The notes: generated from the sequence alone by a model not told the origin. 64,000 nt of DNA from an uncultured Phycisphaerales bacterium (GCA_963758525.1 CAVWVQ010000003.1:1600001-1664000); one strand, 5' to 3'; positions 20,127-30,355 are shown, counted from the first letter of the stretch. Program-made: numbers and translations.

Positions 20127-22322
20127 GAGGGAGGGCTGCGTGTCGCTCCGGCACCAGCGGCGCCAGAGATCGCGATAGACCGTCTCAAGTCGGCGGGTGA
20201 AGGCGGCGCCATCGCAAAGAGGAGAATCCTGCACGCGACGGCGCATGCGCATTCGCAACTGGTGCAGTTGCTGCAGGTTGCCTTCCACGCGCACGGCCGC
20301 AGCGACGAACTCGTCGGGCATCGAAGCTACGAATTCGTCCAGTCCGACGCAACGCATTACGCTGGCGGCCATTCGTCCGGCGTGGCGATCGCCGCGGAGC
20401 GTCAGCATCGGCACGCCCATCCACAGCGATTCGCACGCGGTCGTGTGTCCGCTCCAGGGCAACGTATCCAGTGACAGGTCCACGGCGCGGTAGACACCCA
20501 GGTAGCCATCCGAATCTGCCGGCGCGTGGCGCAGGTCGAGACGATCGGAGCTGATGCCGCGCTGGTTGAACTGCGCAAGCAGATGCTCCCGAGCCCGGCC
20601 ACGGAGGCTGTGACGAAACACCAGGAGCCGGGCGGTGGGGATGGCTCGGAGCACGTTGCACCACAAATCGAGGACGGGGGCATTGATCTTGGCCAGGTTC
20701 TGCAGCGATCCCAGCGTGAACTGGCCGGTCCCAAACAGCGCCGGCAAGGGCGACACGTCCGGCGCCGCTTTGGGCGGCGCATAGCAGCAAAAGCAGCCGG
20801 GCAGACGGACCAGTTCTTCGGTCGAACATGCCGGGGAAGACGCCGGTGTGTCGTTTGGGTCCACGACATCATCGGTGAGCCAGTAGTCGATGGTTTCAAG
20901 TCCGGTGGTATTGGGATAGCCGAGGTAGGTGATCTGCACCGGCGCCGGCCGATGGGCGAGCGCCCGCAATCGGCTGCCGGCGGTGTGGCCGGCCAGCTCC
21001 ACCAGGATGTCGATCCCGTTAGCGCGAATTTGCCCGGCGAGCTCGGCGTCGTCCAGCCGGGGGGTCCAGCGCCAGTGTTTGGCTTTCGTCTGAAACCAGC
21101 TGGTCATCGTGTCGGGAATCCGCACCTCGGCATAGCAAAAGGTTTCGAACCGAGCCGGATCATGGTGTGCCACCACTGGAGCGAGGAAGTGGCCGACCGG
21201 ATGGCCGCACAAATCCGGCGAAAGGTAGCCGACCCGGAGGCGGCGATCCGGATCACGGTCATGCGCCGCGCGTGGATGGGCTCCGCCGGCTTGCATGCAG
21301 CGCCGGCCCCACTCACGGTGCGCGGCCAGCAGTTCGGCGGCGCTGACACTCGGGTCGTAGCTCAGGCAGGCCAGAAGGTTGCTGTGTGCCTGCGGATCGG
21401 TCGGCTGCCGCTCCATCGCCTGCCGATATGCTTTCTTCGCTTCGTCGAGCAGGCCCTGCTCCTTGAGCGCGTTGCCGAGGTTGTTCCACAAACCGGAACG
21501 GTCCGGCGCGTAGGACAGCGCCTGGCGCAGATAGTCTTCGCCCTCGTCGGCCCGGCCGCGGAGGATCAGCGCCATCGCGAGGTTATCGCAGGCGTCGATG
21601 TAATCCGGCTTCGCCGCAACGGCTCGCAGGTAAGCGTCGATTGCTTCGTCGAGGCGCCCCTGGGCCGCTAGCGCGGCGCCGAGGTTGTTGTTCGCTTCGG
21701 CATTCTGCGGCGAGATCGCGATCACCTGCCGAAACATCGCAATCGCTTCGTCGCACTTTCCCTGTGGAACGAGGATGGTGGCAAGGTCGTTGAGAACATG
21801 CGGCACATCCGGACGCAGGGCCAGCGATTGCCGATAGGCTGACTCCGCTTCTTCGAGCCTGCCCTGCCGCTGCAGGGCCCGGCCCAGGTTGTAATGGAAC
21901 GACGCGTCGGCCGGCTTGAGGCGCACCGCGTTTTTCAAAGCGGTCACTGCCTCATCAAGCTTGCCCAACTCGATGAGAGCGTTGCCGAGATTGTTGTACG
22001 CGTCGGGATAATTTGGATCGGCCTGGAGTACCCGCTGATAACAATCGACCGCATCCTGCAAACGGCCCCGCGTCGATAGCGCGGCCCCGAGGTTGTTGGT
22101 GACTTCGCGATGCTGCGGCCGAACCGCGAGCGCCCGCCGATACAGGGCGATTGCCTCGTCGATGTCGCCCTGCACGTGGCGGACGACGCCGCAAAGATAG
22201 AGCGCATCGACATGCCGGGCGTCCGCTTGCAGGACTTGACGATAGTGCTGCTCCGCCAGTTGCAGGGCACCCGCCTGGTGATGCCGCCAGCCCTGTGCCA
22301 TCAAGTCGCCGAGCTTGGCCAT
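20118..22322 (-). CDS. TPR + GT41 (SPINDLY/OGT-like) glycosyltransferase
   Basis: Multiple TPRs; LRVGYLSPDLCGHPV, IDILVELAGHT, APVQITYLGYPNTTGL, LDTLPWSGHTT. Confidence 0.92.
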   Translation of the reverse strand: MAKLGDLMAQGWRHHQAGALQLAEQHYRQVLQADARHVDALYLCGVVRHVQGDIDEAIALYRRALAVRPQHREVTNNLGAALSTRGRLQDAVDCYQRVLQADPNYPDAYNNLGNALIELGKLDEAVTALKNAVRLKPADASFHYNLGRALQRQGRLEEAESAYRQSLALRPDVPHVLNDLATILVPQGKCDEAIAMFRQVIAISPQNAEANNNLGAALAAQGRLDEAIDAYLRAVAAKPDYIDACDNLAMALILRGRADEGEDYLRQALSYAPDRSGLWNNLGNALKEQGLLDEAKKAYRQAMERQPTDPQAHSNLLACLSYDPSVSAAELLAAHREWGRRCMQAGGAHPRAAHDRDPDRRLRVGYLSPDLCGHPVGHFLAPVVAHHDPARFETFCYAEVRIPDTMTSWFQTKAKHWRWTPRLDDAELAGQIRANGIDILVELAGHTAGSRLRALAHRPAPVQITYLGYPNTTGLETIDYWLTDDVVDPNDTPASSPACSTEELVRLPGCFCCYAPPKAAPDVSPLPALFGTGQFTLGSLQNLAKINAPVLDLWCNVLRAIPTARLLVFRHSLRGRAREHLLAQFNQRGISSDRLDLRHAPADSDGYLGVYRAVDLSLDTLPWSGHTTACESLWMGVPMLTLRGDRHAGRMAASVMRCVGLDEFVASMPDEFVAAAVRVEGNLQQLHQLRMRMRRRVQDSPLCDGAAFTRRLETVYRDLWRRWCRSDTQPSLSR

Positions 22323-22552
22323 GTCATGGAGTTTATCCGGGGCGAGCGGGAGCGGCCACGTGTGTCGCTCGCTTCTTCGTCGCCAGTGACATCAGAAACA
22401 GCTGGCGCATGCCGTTGTTCCTGATGTTCTCGGCCGCCAGACGCACGATGTCGGCGCGGACCGCGGCGGCTCGCTCCGGACTCTTTTGGTCCAGGCTCGA
22501 AAGCAGCTTCTGAACGGGCCCCAAGCGCTCTTCAAGGGCAACAAGTATGGCG

Positions 22553-23248
22553 TCATCCGACGAAGGTCTCCAAGAATTCCTGCGGGGACGTCTCGTCGCG
22601 TGAGTGCTTTGCCGTTTGGCGCTCGTTGAGCCAGTGCAGCCAACTGAAGATCCCCGAGCCGGTGAGCGTGGAGATTTCGTGCAGCGCCGCGCTGGGGTTG
22701 ATGCGCTCGACATCGGTGCGGAAGACGCGCGAATCGAACTTCACCAACGACCGCAGATCGGTCTTCGTCAGAATTACGCCGCTGACGCGCTCCAGCAGAG
22801 CGGAATACTCCATCGCCTTGTCGTCGCCGCCGCTGACAGAGAGAACTGCGACGGATGCGTCCTGACCCAGGTCGGGCAGGTCCATCAGACCACCAGCGCA
22901 TTCAATCAAGACCGTGTCGAATTTCGACAGGTCGATCTGCGCCAACACGCGCCAGATGGCCGCGGCCGTGGGAACCGGCGCATCTACATGCGCCACCATT
23001 CCCGCGGCTCCATGCAGCCGGTCGGCGTCGCGGTCCGCGGCGGGATTGACGACAATTACGGCCACGCGCGTTGGATGCGGCAGATGTTTGAGCGTTTCCA
23101 GAATCAGTTGCGTCTTTCCCGCACCGGGCGGGCCGATCAGACGCACTGCCAGAACGCGATGCCGCGCCAACGCCGTGCGGATCTGCGCCACTGGGGACAG
23201 ATGAAGCGTGAACCCCGGTTCGGAATTGCGAGTCGTAAATTCAGTCAT
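22553..23248 (-). CDS. HypB/UreG-like GTPase paralogue B
   Basis: GPPGAGKT, GGDDK, LTKTDL, ISTLTGSGI; RBS GGAGG; no CH or CP metal motifs. Confidence 0.82.
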   Translation of the reverse strand: MTEFTTRNSEPGFTLHLSPVAQIRTALARHRVLAVRLIGPPGAGKTQLILETLKHLPHPTRVAVIVVNPAADRDADRLHGAAGMVAHVDAPVPTAAAIWRVLAQIDLSKFDTVLIECAGGLMDLPDLGQDASVAVLSVSGGDDKAMEYSALLERVSGVILTKTDLRSLVKFDSRVFRTDVERINPSAALHEISTLTGSGIFSWLHWLNERQTAKHSRDETSPQEFLETFVG

Positions 23249-23271
23249 GGCATGCCTCCGTGAAAGCGGTT

Positions 23272-23961
23272 TCATTCCTGAAACCATTTGGTGAACGGTT
23301 GAAACAACGGCGGAGCCGACGGTGTCCGCTTCTTCAGCGGAGCGTGAAACTCCAGCCATTTCGATAACGTGTCAATTCCCTCGTTGCGACGGATTGAAGT
23401 GCGAATGACTTCGAGCCCGGGCTTCAAACGGGCGACATCATTGTTGAAGACGTCGAAATCGAACGTCACCAACTGCAGCAGGTCGCATTTTGTTAACACC
23501 AGCAGGTCGGACTCGCTCACCAGGAACGGGTACTCGACCGGCTTGTCGTGCCCGCCGGCGGCGCTGAAGACGCCGATGCGAAGATGATGCCCCAAATCGA
23601 ATTCGACCGGGCTGACGTTGTTCCCGTGACTCTCGATCAGCAGCAGGTCCAGTTGCGGCAGGTCGAGCTGCCCGAGGCTCTCGCCGACCAGTTCGGCGGT
23701 CAGGTTGTCGGTCTGGATCGGCACCGCCGGGATCCCATGCTGGGCGATTCGGGCGACTTGCCGATCCGCGCCCAGGTTTGCGATCATCACTGCCGCTCGC
23801 GTCTGAGGATCCCGACGCAGCAGCAGCGCCTCGATCAGGGACGTCTTCCCCGCCCCCGCGGGGCCAACCACGCTCGCGACGGTCACTCCCTGCGCCTCAA
23901 ATCGCTTCCGCAACATCTGTGCGGCCAGCCAATTCGATTTGAATTGACCCCGAATCGTCAT
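23272..23961 (-). CDS. HypB/UreG-like GTPase paralogue A
   Basis: GPAGAGKTSLIE, FDLG, GHDKPVEYP, LTKCDLL; RBS AGGAG. Confidence 0.85.
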   Translation of the reverse strand: MTIRGQFKSNWLAAQMLRKRFEAQGVTVASVVGPAGAGKTSLIEALLLRRDPQTRAAVMIANLGADRQVARIAQHGIPAVPIQTDNLTAELVGESLGQLDLPQLDLLLIESHGNNVSPVEFDLGHHLRIGVFSAAGGHDKPVEYPFLVSESDLLVLTKCDLLQLVTFDFDVFNNDVARLKPGLEVIRTSIRRNEGIDTLSKWLEFHAPLKKRTPSAPPLFQPFTKWFQE

Positions 23962-24014
23962 AGTGCTCCTGCTTCGCGCTGAACGTAATATTGCCCCGCA
24001 AGGCTGTCGGTGCG

Positions 24015-24053
24015 AATCGGTGCATGCTGGGTACTCGGCGTAGGTAAAACCAC
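24015..24053. promoter_or_regulatory. Bipartite motif, copy 1
   Basis: AATCGGTGCAT-N13-CGTAGGTAAAACCAC, matching 27525-27563. Confidence 0.55.
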
Positions 24054-24119
24054 TCGGGACGGCTAGGGCGCTCTGCTGCCGCTGGACAGCACGGTCATTC
24101 ACCGTCATCATTTTTCGTT

Positions 24120-25286
24120 ATGGCACGTGCGGGCGGAGCGCGCAGCGGGCGCAAGAACATGACGGCCAGCAGGCAGCTCGCCGGCGCCCTGCACGAGAGC
24201 GAGGAGCGGCTTCACGCCATTGTCAATGCCGCCGCCGATGCGATCATCACCATCGACGAGCGCGGCATGATCGAATCGCTGAATCCCGCCGCGGAGCGGC
24301 TGTTCGGATATCGATCCAGCGAATTGCTCGAAACCAATATCCACCGCCTGATGCCAGAGCCGTTTCACCGCGAACATGACGGCTACCTCCGCAACTATCT
24401 CCGCACGGGCCGGGCGAAGATTATCGGGATCGGGCGCGAAGTGGCCGGATTGCGCAAGGACCAGACGACATTTCCGATGAACCTGTCGGTGAGCGAAGTG
24501 CGGGTGCGCGGCCGGCGCTTGTTCACCGGCATCGTGCACGACCTGACCGGCCGGCGCGCGCTCGAACGGCAAATCCTCGAGGCCGCCGCCAACGAGCAGC
24601 GCCGCATCGGGCAGGACCTGCACGACAGCTTGTGCCAGGATCTGGTCGGAATCGCCTTCGCCATTGATCACGCCCGGCGGGCGCTCTCCGGCGACGCGGC
24701 GGCGCCGAATAACGCACTGGCCGAGCTCTCCGACGCCGTCCGTGCCGCCGCGGGCCAGGCCCGCGACCTGGCCCGCGGGCTCAATCCCGTGAATCTCAAG
24801 TCCGGCCTCTGGAGCGCCCTGGACAGCCTGGCCGCGAGAGTCTCGCAGTCGTTCGCCGTCCAGTGCAGCTTCCGCTGGGACCGTGTCGCCAGTGTGCGAG
24901 ACGAAACTGCCGCCACGCATCTGTACCGCATCGCCCAGGAAGCGGTCGGCAACGCCGTCCGCCATGGCAAGGCCAAGCGAATAGAAATCACCCTCGCTGT
25001 GCGCGGCGGCACGCTCGTCCTGGCCGTCGCCGACAACGGAATCGGCGTCCCCAGGAGCGTCATCCAAGGCATCAAACAGGGCTTGGCTGTGACGCCGAAG
25101 CGCCCCGGCAACAAGCCTCCCGGCATCGGTCTGCAAACCATGCATTTCCGCGCCCGCGTGCTCGGCGGGGCTTTTGACGTGACGGCCCGCAAAGGAGGCG
25201 GTACCGTCATTACCTGCACGATCCGCCACGAACCGGCGCCCGCGCCCGTGCGGCGCGTCTCGGGAAGGACATCAGGCGGAAAGTGA
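24120..25286 (+). CDS. FixL-like PAS sensor with a NarX/UhpB-type (HisKA_3) histidine kinase
   Basis: DAIITIDERG…NPAAERLFGY…LMPEPFHREHDGYL…IIGIGREV; EQRRIGQDLHD; QEAVGNAVRH; DNGIG. Confidence 0.9.
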   Translation: MARAGGARSGRKNMTASRQLAGALHESEERLHAIVNAAADAIITIDERGMIESLNPAAERLFGYRSSELLETNIHRLMPEPFHREHDGYLRNYLRTGRAKIIGIGREVAGLRKDQTTFPMNLSVSEVRVRGRRLFTGIVHDLTGRRALERQILEAAANEQRRIGQDLHDSLCQDLVGIAFAIDHARRALSGDAAAPNNALAELSDAVRAAAGQARDLARGLNPVNLKSGLWSALDSLAARVSQSFAVQCSFRWDRVASVRDETAATHLYRIAQEAVGNAVRHGKAKRIEITLAVRGGTLVLAVADNGIGVPRSVIQGIKQGLAVTPKRPGNKPPGIGLQTMHFRARVLGGAFDVTARKGGGTVITCTIRHEPAPAPVRRVSGRTSGGK

Positions 25287-25344
25287 GACGTTCCCCGATC
25301 GGACGCGTGCCGCGCATCGTCGCTGGGGGACTTTTGGGAGAGCC

Positions 25345-26018
25345 ATGGCAAAAACCACCAAACCCCCCGCAGCCGGCAAGAAGAGAATCTTTCTGGTTGA
25401 CGATCATCCGATCGTTCGCAAGGGGCTGGCACAGTTGATCGACAGCGAGCCGGACCTTTCCGTCATCGGACAGGGAGAGGACGCTTACAGTTGTGTTCGC
25501 GCGATCCGTGAGACCAAGCCGCACCTTGTTTTAGTGGATGTATCGTTAAAGAACAGCGACGGGATCGAGCTGGTCAAGGAACTCAAGGCGCAGTCGCCGG
25601 AGTTGGCGGTGTTGGTCGTGAGCATGCACGACGAATCGCTGTATGCCGAGCGGGCGCTGCGGGCGGGGGCGGGGGGATATGTGATGAAGCAGGAGCCGCC
25701 GGAGACGTTATTGTCGGCGATCCGCGCCGTGCTGGCGGACGAGGTGTATGTGAGCAGCAGGATGGGGGCAACGCTTTTGCAGCGAATGGTCGGTGCGAAG
25801 AGCGCCCTGCGCTGCCGATGGACCGGCTCACCGACCGCGAATTGGAGGTCTTCCGTATGATCGGCGCAGGCCACAGCGTCAAGGAGATCGCCGACAAGCT
25901 TTTTCTGAGCGCGAAAACGGTGGAAGCACATCGCGAGCACATCAAACAGAAGCTCGATATCCGCAGCAGCGCCGAGCTGCTGCGGTTTGCCATTCGCAAC
26001 ACGCCCGATGCGAAATAG
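25345..26018 (+). CDS. NarL/LuxR-family response regulator, frameshift near 25800
   Basis: Receiver domain LVDDHPIVRKGL…; HTH LTDRELEVFRMIG…LSAKTVEAHREHIKQKL in the next frame. Confidence 0.88.
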
Positions 26019-26105
26019 CCTGGCGCGGCAAGAGTTCGCGGCGATATACGTCCACCGATTCTGCGGGATGTAGGTTTTTTGCGATCGGCCTGGCAAATCG
26101 GAACA

Positions 26106-26987
26106 TCACCGGCAGTTCGCGCAACTCCCCCCGCTCTTCGTGCTCGCCGGCCGGCTCGATTTTCGCGGACACGCAGCGCCGTGAGCACATTCATGGCATC
26201 GTTTCTTTTCTGAGCCGGCGGCAGGAGCGGGAGCGGAGGCGTTCGCCCCGGTCAGCGCGGCCTCGCGCAGGCGAATAACCGGGATCACCGCATCGATCAT
26301 TTCGTCAACCGACAGCTCCCCAGCATTGAGCGTCATTGTGAACTGCTCGGGTCTGATGACCTTGAGCTGCCAGAAGCGCCGGAAGAATTCGGCGCGGTGA
26401 ACGTCGGCTTCCTCAAGGCGGGCGGCCGCCTCGTGAAGCGAAATCTGCTCGCGTTCGGCGAAGTGTTTGATTCGATGCTCCAGGGGAGCAACCAATCGAA
26501 GATGGATCGCTCCGGGCATTGCCTCGGTGACAAACGTTCCCCCTTGCCCAACGATGATCGCATGCCCTCGCTCCGCCAAAGCACGAATCGCTTTGATCAC
26601 GCCCTTGTAGGCCCGCACCTCCGCAAGGTCCGGAGGCTGAGGATGGCTGGAGATGGCATCAAGCAGAGTCGTGAACCAGGAGCGGTGCCGGTCGGGAATC
26701 GTCTCAATCAGCCCCTGCGAAACGTTAGTCTCGGCGGCAACGCGCTCCACCAACTCGCGATCCCACGCGGACCAGTCGCCGGCGCCGTCAGCGTTTAGAC
26801 GCTCTGCCAGGCGGTGCGAAAAGGAAATTCCCCCAGCACCGGGTTGTCTGCTGACAGTGACAAACGCTCGCGGCACCGCCGGTGTTCCCAGCTGTGGGCC
26901 GCGAGTCCCTACATGCAGCGCCGCCTCCAGAACCTTGCTGGCGGCGTCGAGATGGGTTGCGGAGCCTGAACTGCTTGGCGTCGTCAT
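26106..26987 (-). CDS. Cytidylate-kinase-like family protein
   Basis: VTVSRQPGAGG, WDRELV, AIIVGQG, RLVAPLEHR. Confidence 0.82.
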   Translation of the reverse strand: MTTPSSSGSATHLDAASKVLEAALHVGTRGPQLGTPAVPRAFVTVSRQPGAGGISFSHRLAERLNADGAGDWSAWDRELVERVAAETNVSQGLIETIPDRHRSWFTTLLDAISSHPQPPDLAEVRAYKGVIKAIRALAERGHAIIVGQGGTFVTEAMPGAIHLRLVAPLEHRIKHFAEREQISLHEAAARLEEADVHRAEFFRRFWQLKVIRPEQFTMTLNAGELSVDEMIDAVIPVIRLREAALTGANASAPAPAAGSEKKRCHECAHGAACPRKSSRPASTKSGGSCANCR

Positions 26988-27015
26988 GGCATTATCACTT
27001 TCTTGTCAAGCCGGA

Positions 27016-27471
27016 TCACCCGGCGGTTGAAGCTTTCATCTGCTTTCTGAGGTAACTGGCAACACGCATCGGCGACATGCGCGTCAGATCCTTTGGCAAT
27101 TCGTCAACGACGCGGCCCGCCGTCGCCGGGCCTAGATGGCTCCGGAGCAGACCGAGAAAATGTGCCGGCGCCACCAGCACCAGCTCGTCAAATCGTTCGC
27201 CCGCCGCTGCTTCGTCGAGAACGTCCGCCAACGCGCGGGCGAACTCCACGGCTTTTTGCTCGTGCGGATCGGTCCGCGGCTCCATCGCGGACATCACGTT
27301 GCCGCAGGATTTGTCCACGCGGCCCAGGCCGTCGCTGACCAGCTCGCTGGCGTGCTGCATTCCTTGCGGGTTGCGAAAAATCTGGATCAATTCCAACCGA
27401 TCCCTTCTTCCTGCCGCGCTCAGGAGACGCGCGCGTCCGGCGTCCGCGATCAACACCCATCGTTTTTCCAT
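27016..27471 (-). CDS. Host-attachment-protein (AttH/baeRF-like) family
   Basis: WVLIADAGRAR, FARALAD, LVLVAPAHFLGLLR, KDLT. Confidence 0.85.
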   Translation of the reverse strand: MEKRWVLIADAGRARLLSAAGRRDRLELIQIFRNPQGMQHASELVSDGLGRVDKSCGNVMSAMEPRTDPHEQKAVEFARALADVLDEAAAGERFDELVLVAPAHFLGLLRSHLGPATAGRVVDELPKDLTRMSPMRVASYLRKQMKASTAG

Positions 27472-27524
27472 CGGCTGCTCCGGTTCGACTCTCCTTCATC
27501 ATGCGATACGAGCGGGCGGGCGGA

Positions 27525-27563
27525 AATCGGTTCATTTCCCCCCGCGTTCGTAGGTAAAAGCAC
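27525..27563. promoter_or_regulatory. Bipartite motif, copy 2
   Basis: AATCGGTTCAT-N13-CGTAGGTAAAAGCAC. Confidence 0.55.
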
Positions 27564-27666
27564 CGATCCCCCATCGGAGCCAGGCTGCAATGCGGATCGA
27601 GCGCCAATCCGATTCCCCGCGACCCGCCCCCGGAGCGATGATGATTGTGGCTCTGCGAAAGGAACC

Positions 27667-27987
27667 ATGGGCCACCGACAACCCACCCTCACTCAACTGA
27701 AGCAAGCGTTGCGAACGAGCGTCTGCGCGAGTTGCCCATATCGCAGACGGTGCGTCAGAGGGGAAGGATTGCGTCGCGCGTGCGAGGTGGATTGCCCGCT
27801 GTTCGCGGCGCTTCCGGCGCTGGCGGAACGCGCCGAGCGGATCGATCCGATGGTCGGCCATCATGAGAACGTCCTGCGCGACACGATCTGCCAAATCATG
27901 GAAAAGACCGATGACGCCAGCGCAGCGCGGCTGCGCGGATGCCATCGTCAGGCCGCGAAGGTTCTGGCGCGTCTGTTGAATGTCTGA
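27667..27987 (+). CDS. Small Cys-rich hypothetical protein
   Basis: RBS AAGGA; CASC…C…CEVDC; 19 nt upstream of the ADH gene. Confidence 0.6.
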   Translation: MGHRQPTLTQLKQALRTSVCASCPYRRRCVRGEGLRRACEVDCPLFAALPALAERAERIDPMVGHHENVLRDTICQIMEKTDDASAARLRGCHRQAAKVLARLLNV

Positions 27988-28006
27988 AAGCAAACGGAGG
28001 CATCAG

Positions 28007-29070
28007 ATGCCGTCTGCCACCATGAAGGCCAATGTTTTCCGGAGCGTCAATTCGATCGGGATTGAAGAAATGCGCCGTCCCGCGCGGGGGCCGGCAGCGC
28101 AATTATTCGAATTACGCTCACGACCATCTGCGGCACCGACCTGCATATTCTTCGCGGAGAGTATCCCGTGAAGCCCGGCCTCATCATCGGCCACGAGCCG
28201 GTGGGAGTGATCGAAGAGCTGGGCGAGGGCGTGACCGGGTACAAAGTGGGCGAGCGCGTGCTCGTCGGCGCCATCACGCCGTGCGGGCAATGCCTCGCCT
28301 GTCTGTCGGGGCATCTCTCGCAGTGCGGACACGGTGAGGGTTATGAAGCCATCGGCGGGTGGAGATTCGGCAATACCATCGACGGGTCGCAGGCCGAATA
28401 CCTCCTCGTTCCCAACGCGCAGGCCAACCTTGCCAGAATCCCCGACGATCTCACCGACGAACAAGTGGTGCTGTTGGCCGACATCGCGTCGACGGGATTT
28501 TCCGGCGCGGAATCGGGCGGAACGAAGCTGGGTGACGCGGTCGTTGTCTTTGCGCAGGGGCCCATCGGGTTGTGTGCAACGGCGGGCGCCAAGCTGATGG
28601 GCGCGTCACTGATTATCGGCGTGGACGCCGATGAGCACCGGCTTGAAATGGCCCGACAGATGGGAGCCGACATGGTTCTCAACCCGCGCATGCGACGTTG
28701 TTTCCGAGGTCCTGCGTTTGACGGGCGGCGTCGACGTCGCAATCGAAGCGCTCGGAACCCAGGAAACCTTTGAGAATTGCCTGCGTTGCCTGCGCCCGGC
28801 GGAACGCTGTCGAGCTTGGGCGTATACTCCGGCAAGCTCCACTTGCCTTATCAGGCGATTGCCGCCGGACTGGGCGATCATCGCATCGTCACGACGCTCT
28901 GCCCCGGCGGCAAGGAACGCATGCGCCGCTTGATGAATCTCGTGCGCTCCAGGCGTTTCGATCCCACGCCGCTGCTGACGCAGTCATTTTCACTGGGAGA
29001 GATCGTCAAGGCCTACGAGCTCTTCGGCAGCCGCCGCGACGGCGTCCTGAAGGTCGCCATCCGGCCATAG
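28007..29070 (+). CDS. Zn-dependent alcohol dehydrogenase (MDR) with about three frameshifts
   Basis: ICGTDLH, GHEPVG, CGQCLAC…C, QGPIGL, DVAIEALG, LCPGGKERM spread over frames. Confidence 0.88.
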
Positions 29071-29126
29071 CCATTATGCTCGATGCGATGCCAAGCGTAT
29101 ATATCGGTGGACGACCGCTGATCGAC

Positions 29127-29168
29127 TGCACTCGGCAGGAGTCGAACCTGTAATCCTCGGTTGCGAAG
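29127..29168 (-). repeat. att-like copy of the tRNA-Arg 3' half
   Basis: 42 nt with 3 mismatches to 35945-35986. Confidence 0.9.
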
Positions 29169-29259
29169 GTCGCTGGTTGAAGTGGATTTCTCAAGCTTTT
29201 GGTGACAATTCGGTGACAGATTTGGCGACTATTGTCCTCGGGCGCATCGCCATTCCGGG

Positions 29260-30167
29260 TTAATGGAGCAATTCGGTTTCCCTCAATAGCGTCAGGCAGT
29301 CACAATCCATAAAAGCACTGTAGGAACGGGTTCCGGTGATTCTGCTGCGGATGTCGAGAAGCTCGGGCGGTTTCATGTCTTGGCCGTTCCCACTACGAAC
29401 TTGTCTTTCAGACTTTCCCTTAGCTGCAAACGGTCCATGTTCAGCGGGTGATAGCCGAAACCGAGAAAAGCGACTTTTTCAGCCCGCCGCAGCGCCAATT
29501 GGGCCTTTAAGAATGGCTCCGATCTCGGTTCTGCCTCGTGGATGATCTGAATAGCTGCCGCGGCTCGCTTCGCGGTTTCCCCTCGCATGTCTCCCGTGAA
29601 GTCTCCGTAAGGGACAGCTTCCAGGTTGCCAAGCATCCCGTGAACGTGGTGGATTGGCGTTCCCTTCATTACTTCAATGACCTGGGGCTCGCTCTCCTTG
29701 TACCACGCCATAAGCTAGCGCTTCAGAAAATAGTCAAAGCAACGGTCGTAGTTGAAGGTAATGAAAGTGACTTCATTGACAGCAAATTCCTTGAGGTCGT
29801 GGCCTGCCATCTTCTTGAACAGATAGTGCATCCAGTTGACCGAACGATACTCAATTTTGAATGTGGCCTCTCGCTGCTCAAACGGAAGCAGGCAGAGTGC
29901 AATCATCAGCTTTCCGATGTCGAGGTGTTCTCGGTGGCTGGCCAGCAACTCGTCAATGGAATCATAATTTACTTCGTCGATCAGCTTTCTGAGTTCACCA
30001 TATTGCTTCTGGTCAATGTTCCCGGTGTTTGCGAGAATCTGAAAATCTCCGCGTTCGATTTTGAAGCATTCTCGCCGGATCAACGCCATTAACTTTGAGC
30101 CTGACGGGTAGCTGAAATCGCAGGACGAACCCGCGCCGAGAACAAACACGGTGTTATGCTTCAGCAT
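29260..30167 (-). pseudogene. SIR2-like protein with an in-frame TAG (29715-29717) and a 3' frameshift
   Basis: VFVLGAGSS, FITFNYDR, HVHG, FLGFGY. Confidence 0.8.
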
Positions 30168-30355
30168 GCCCGAATTCTATGGCCGCTCTGCGGGCACTTA
30201 CAGGGCAAATACTCTGGCAGGAAAAGGGGCAAGACGAGTACAAGGAAATTGTCGCGGATCTATCGACAGTACGGTTGCTACCGCTTATCGGCGCGCTCGA
30301 AGCAACACTCGCGGGCGGAGATGGCGTCGTCCTGTTCCAATGAAGCAGCCCCCCT

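Noticed and set aside
22340..22550. Possible C-terminal remnant of a methyltransferase-like gene (LGPVQKLL…MRQLFLM)
   Set aside because: Too short and lacks a diagnostic motif
22553..23961. Hydrogenase maturation locus
   Set aside because: No hypA/C/D/E/F or hydrogenase subunits, and the metal ligands are absent, so the hypB symbol was withheld
29127..29200. Second tRNA gene
   Set aside because: Only the 3' half is present, with no D arm or 5' acceptor strand; treated as an att repeat
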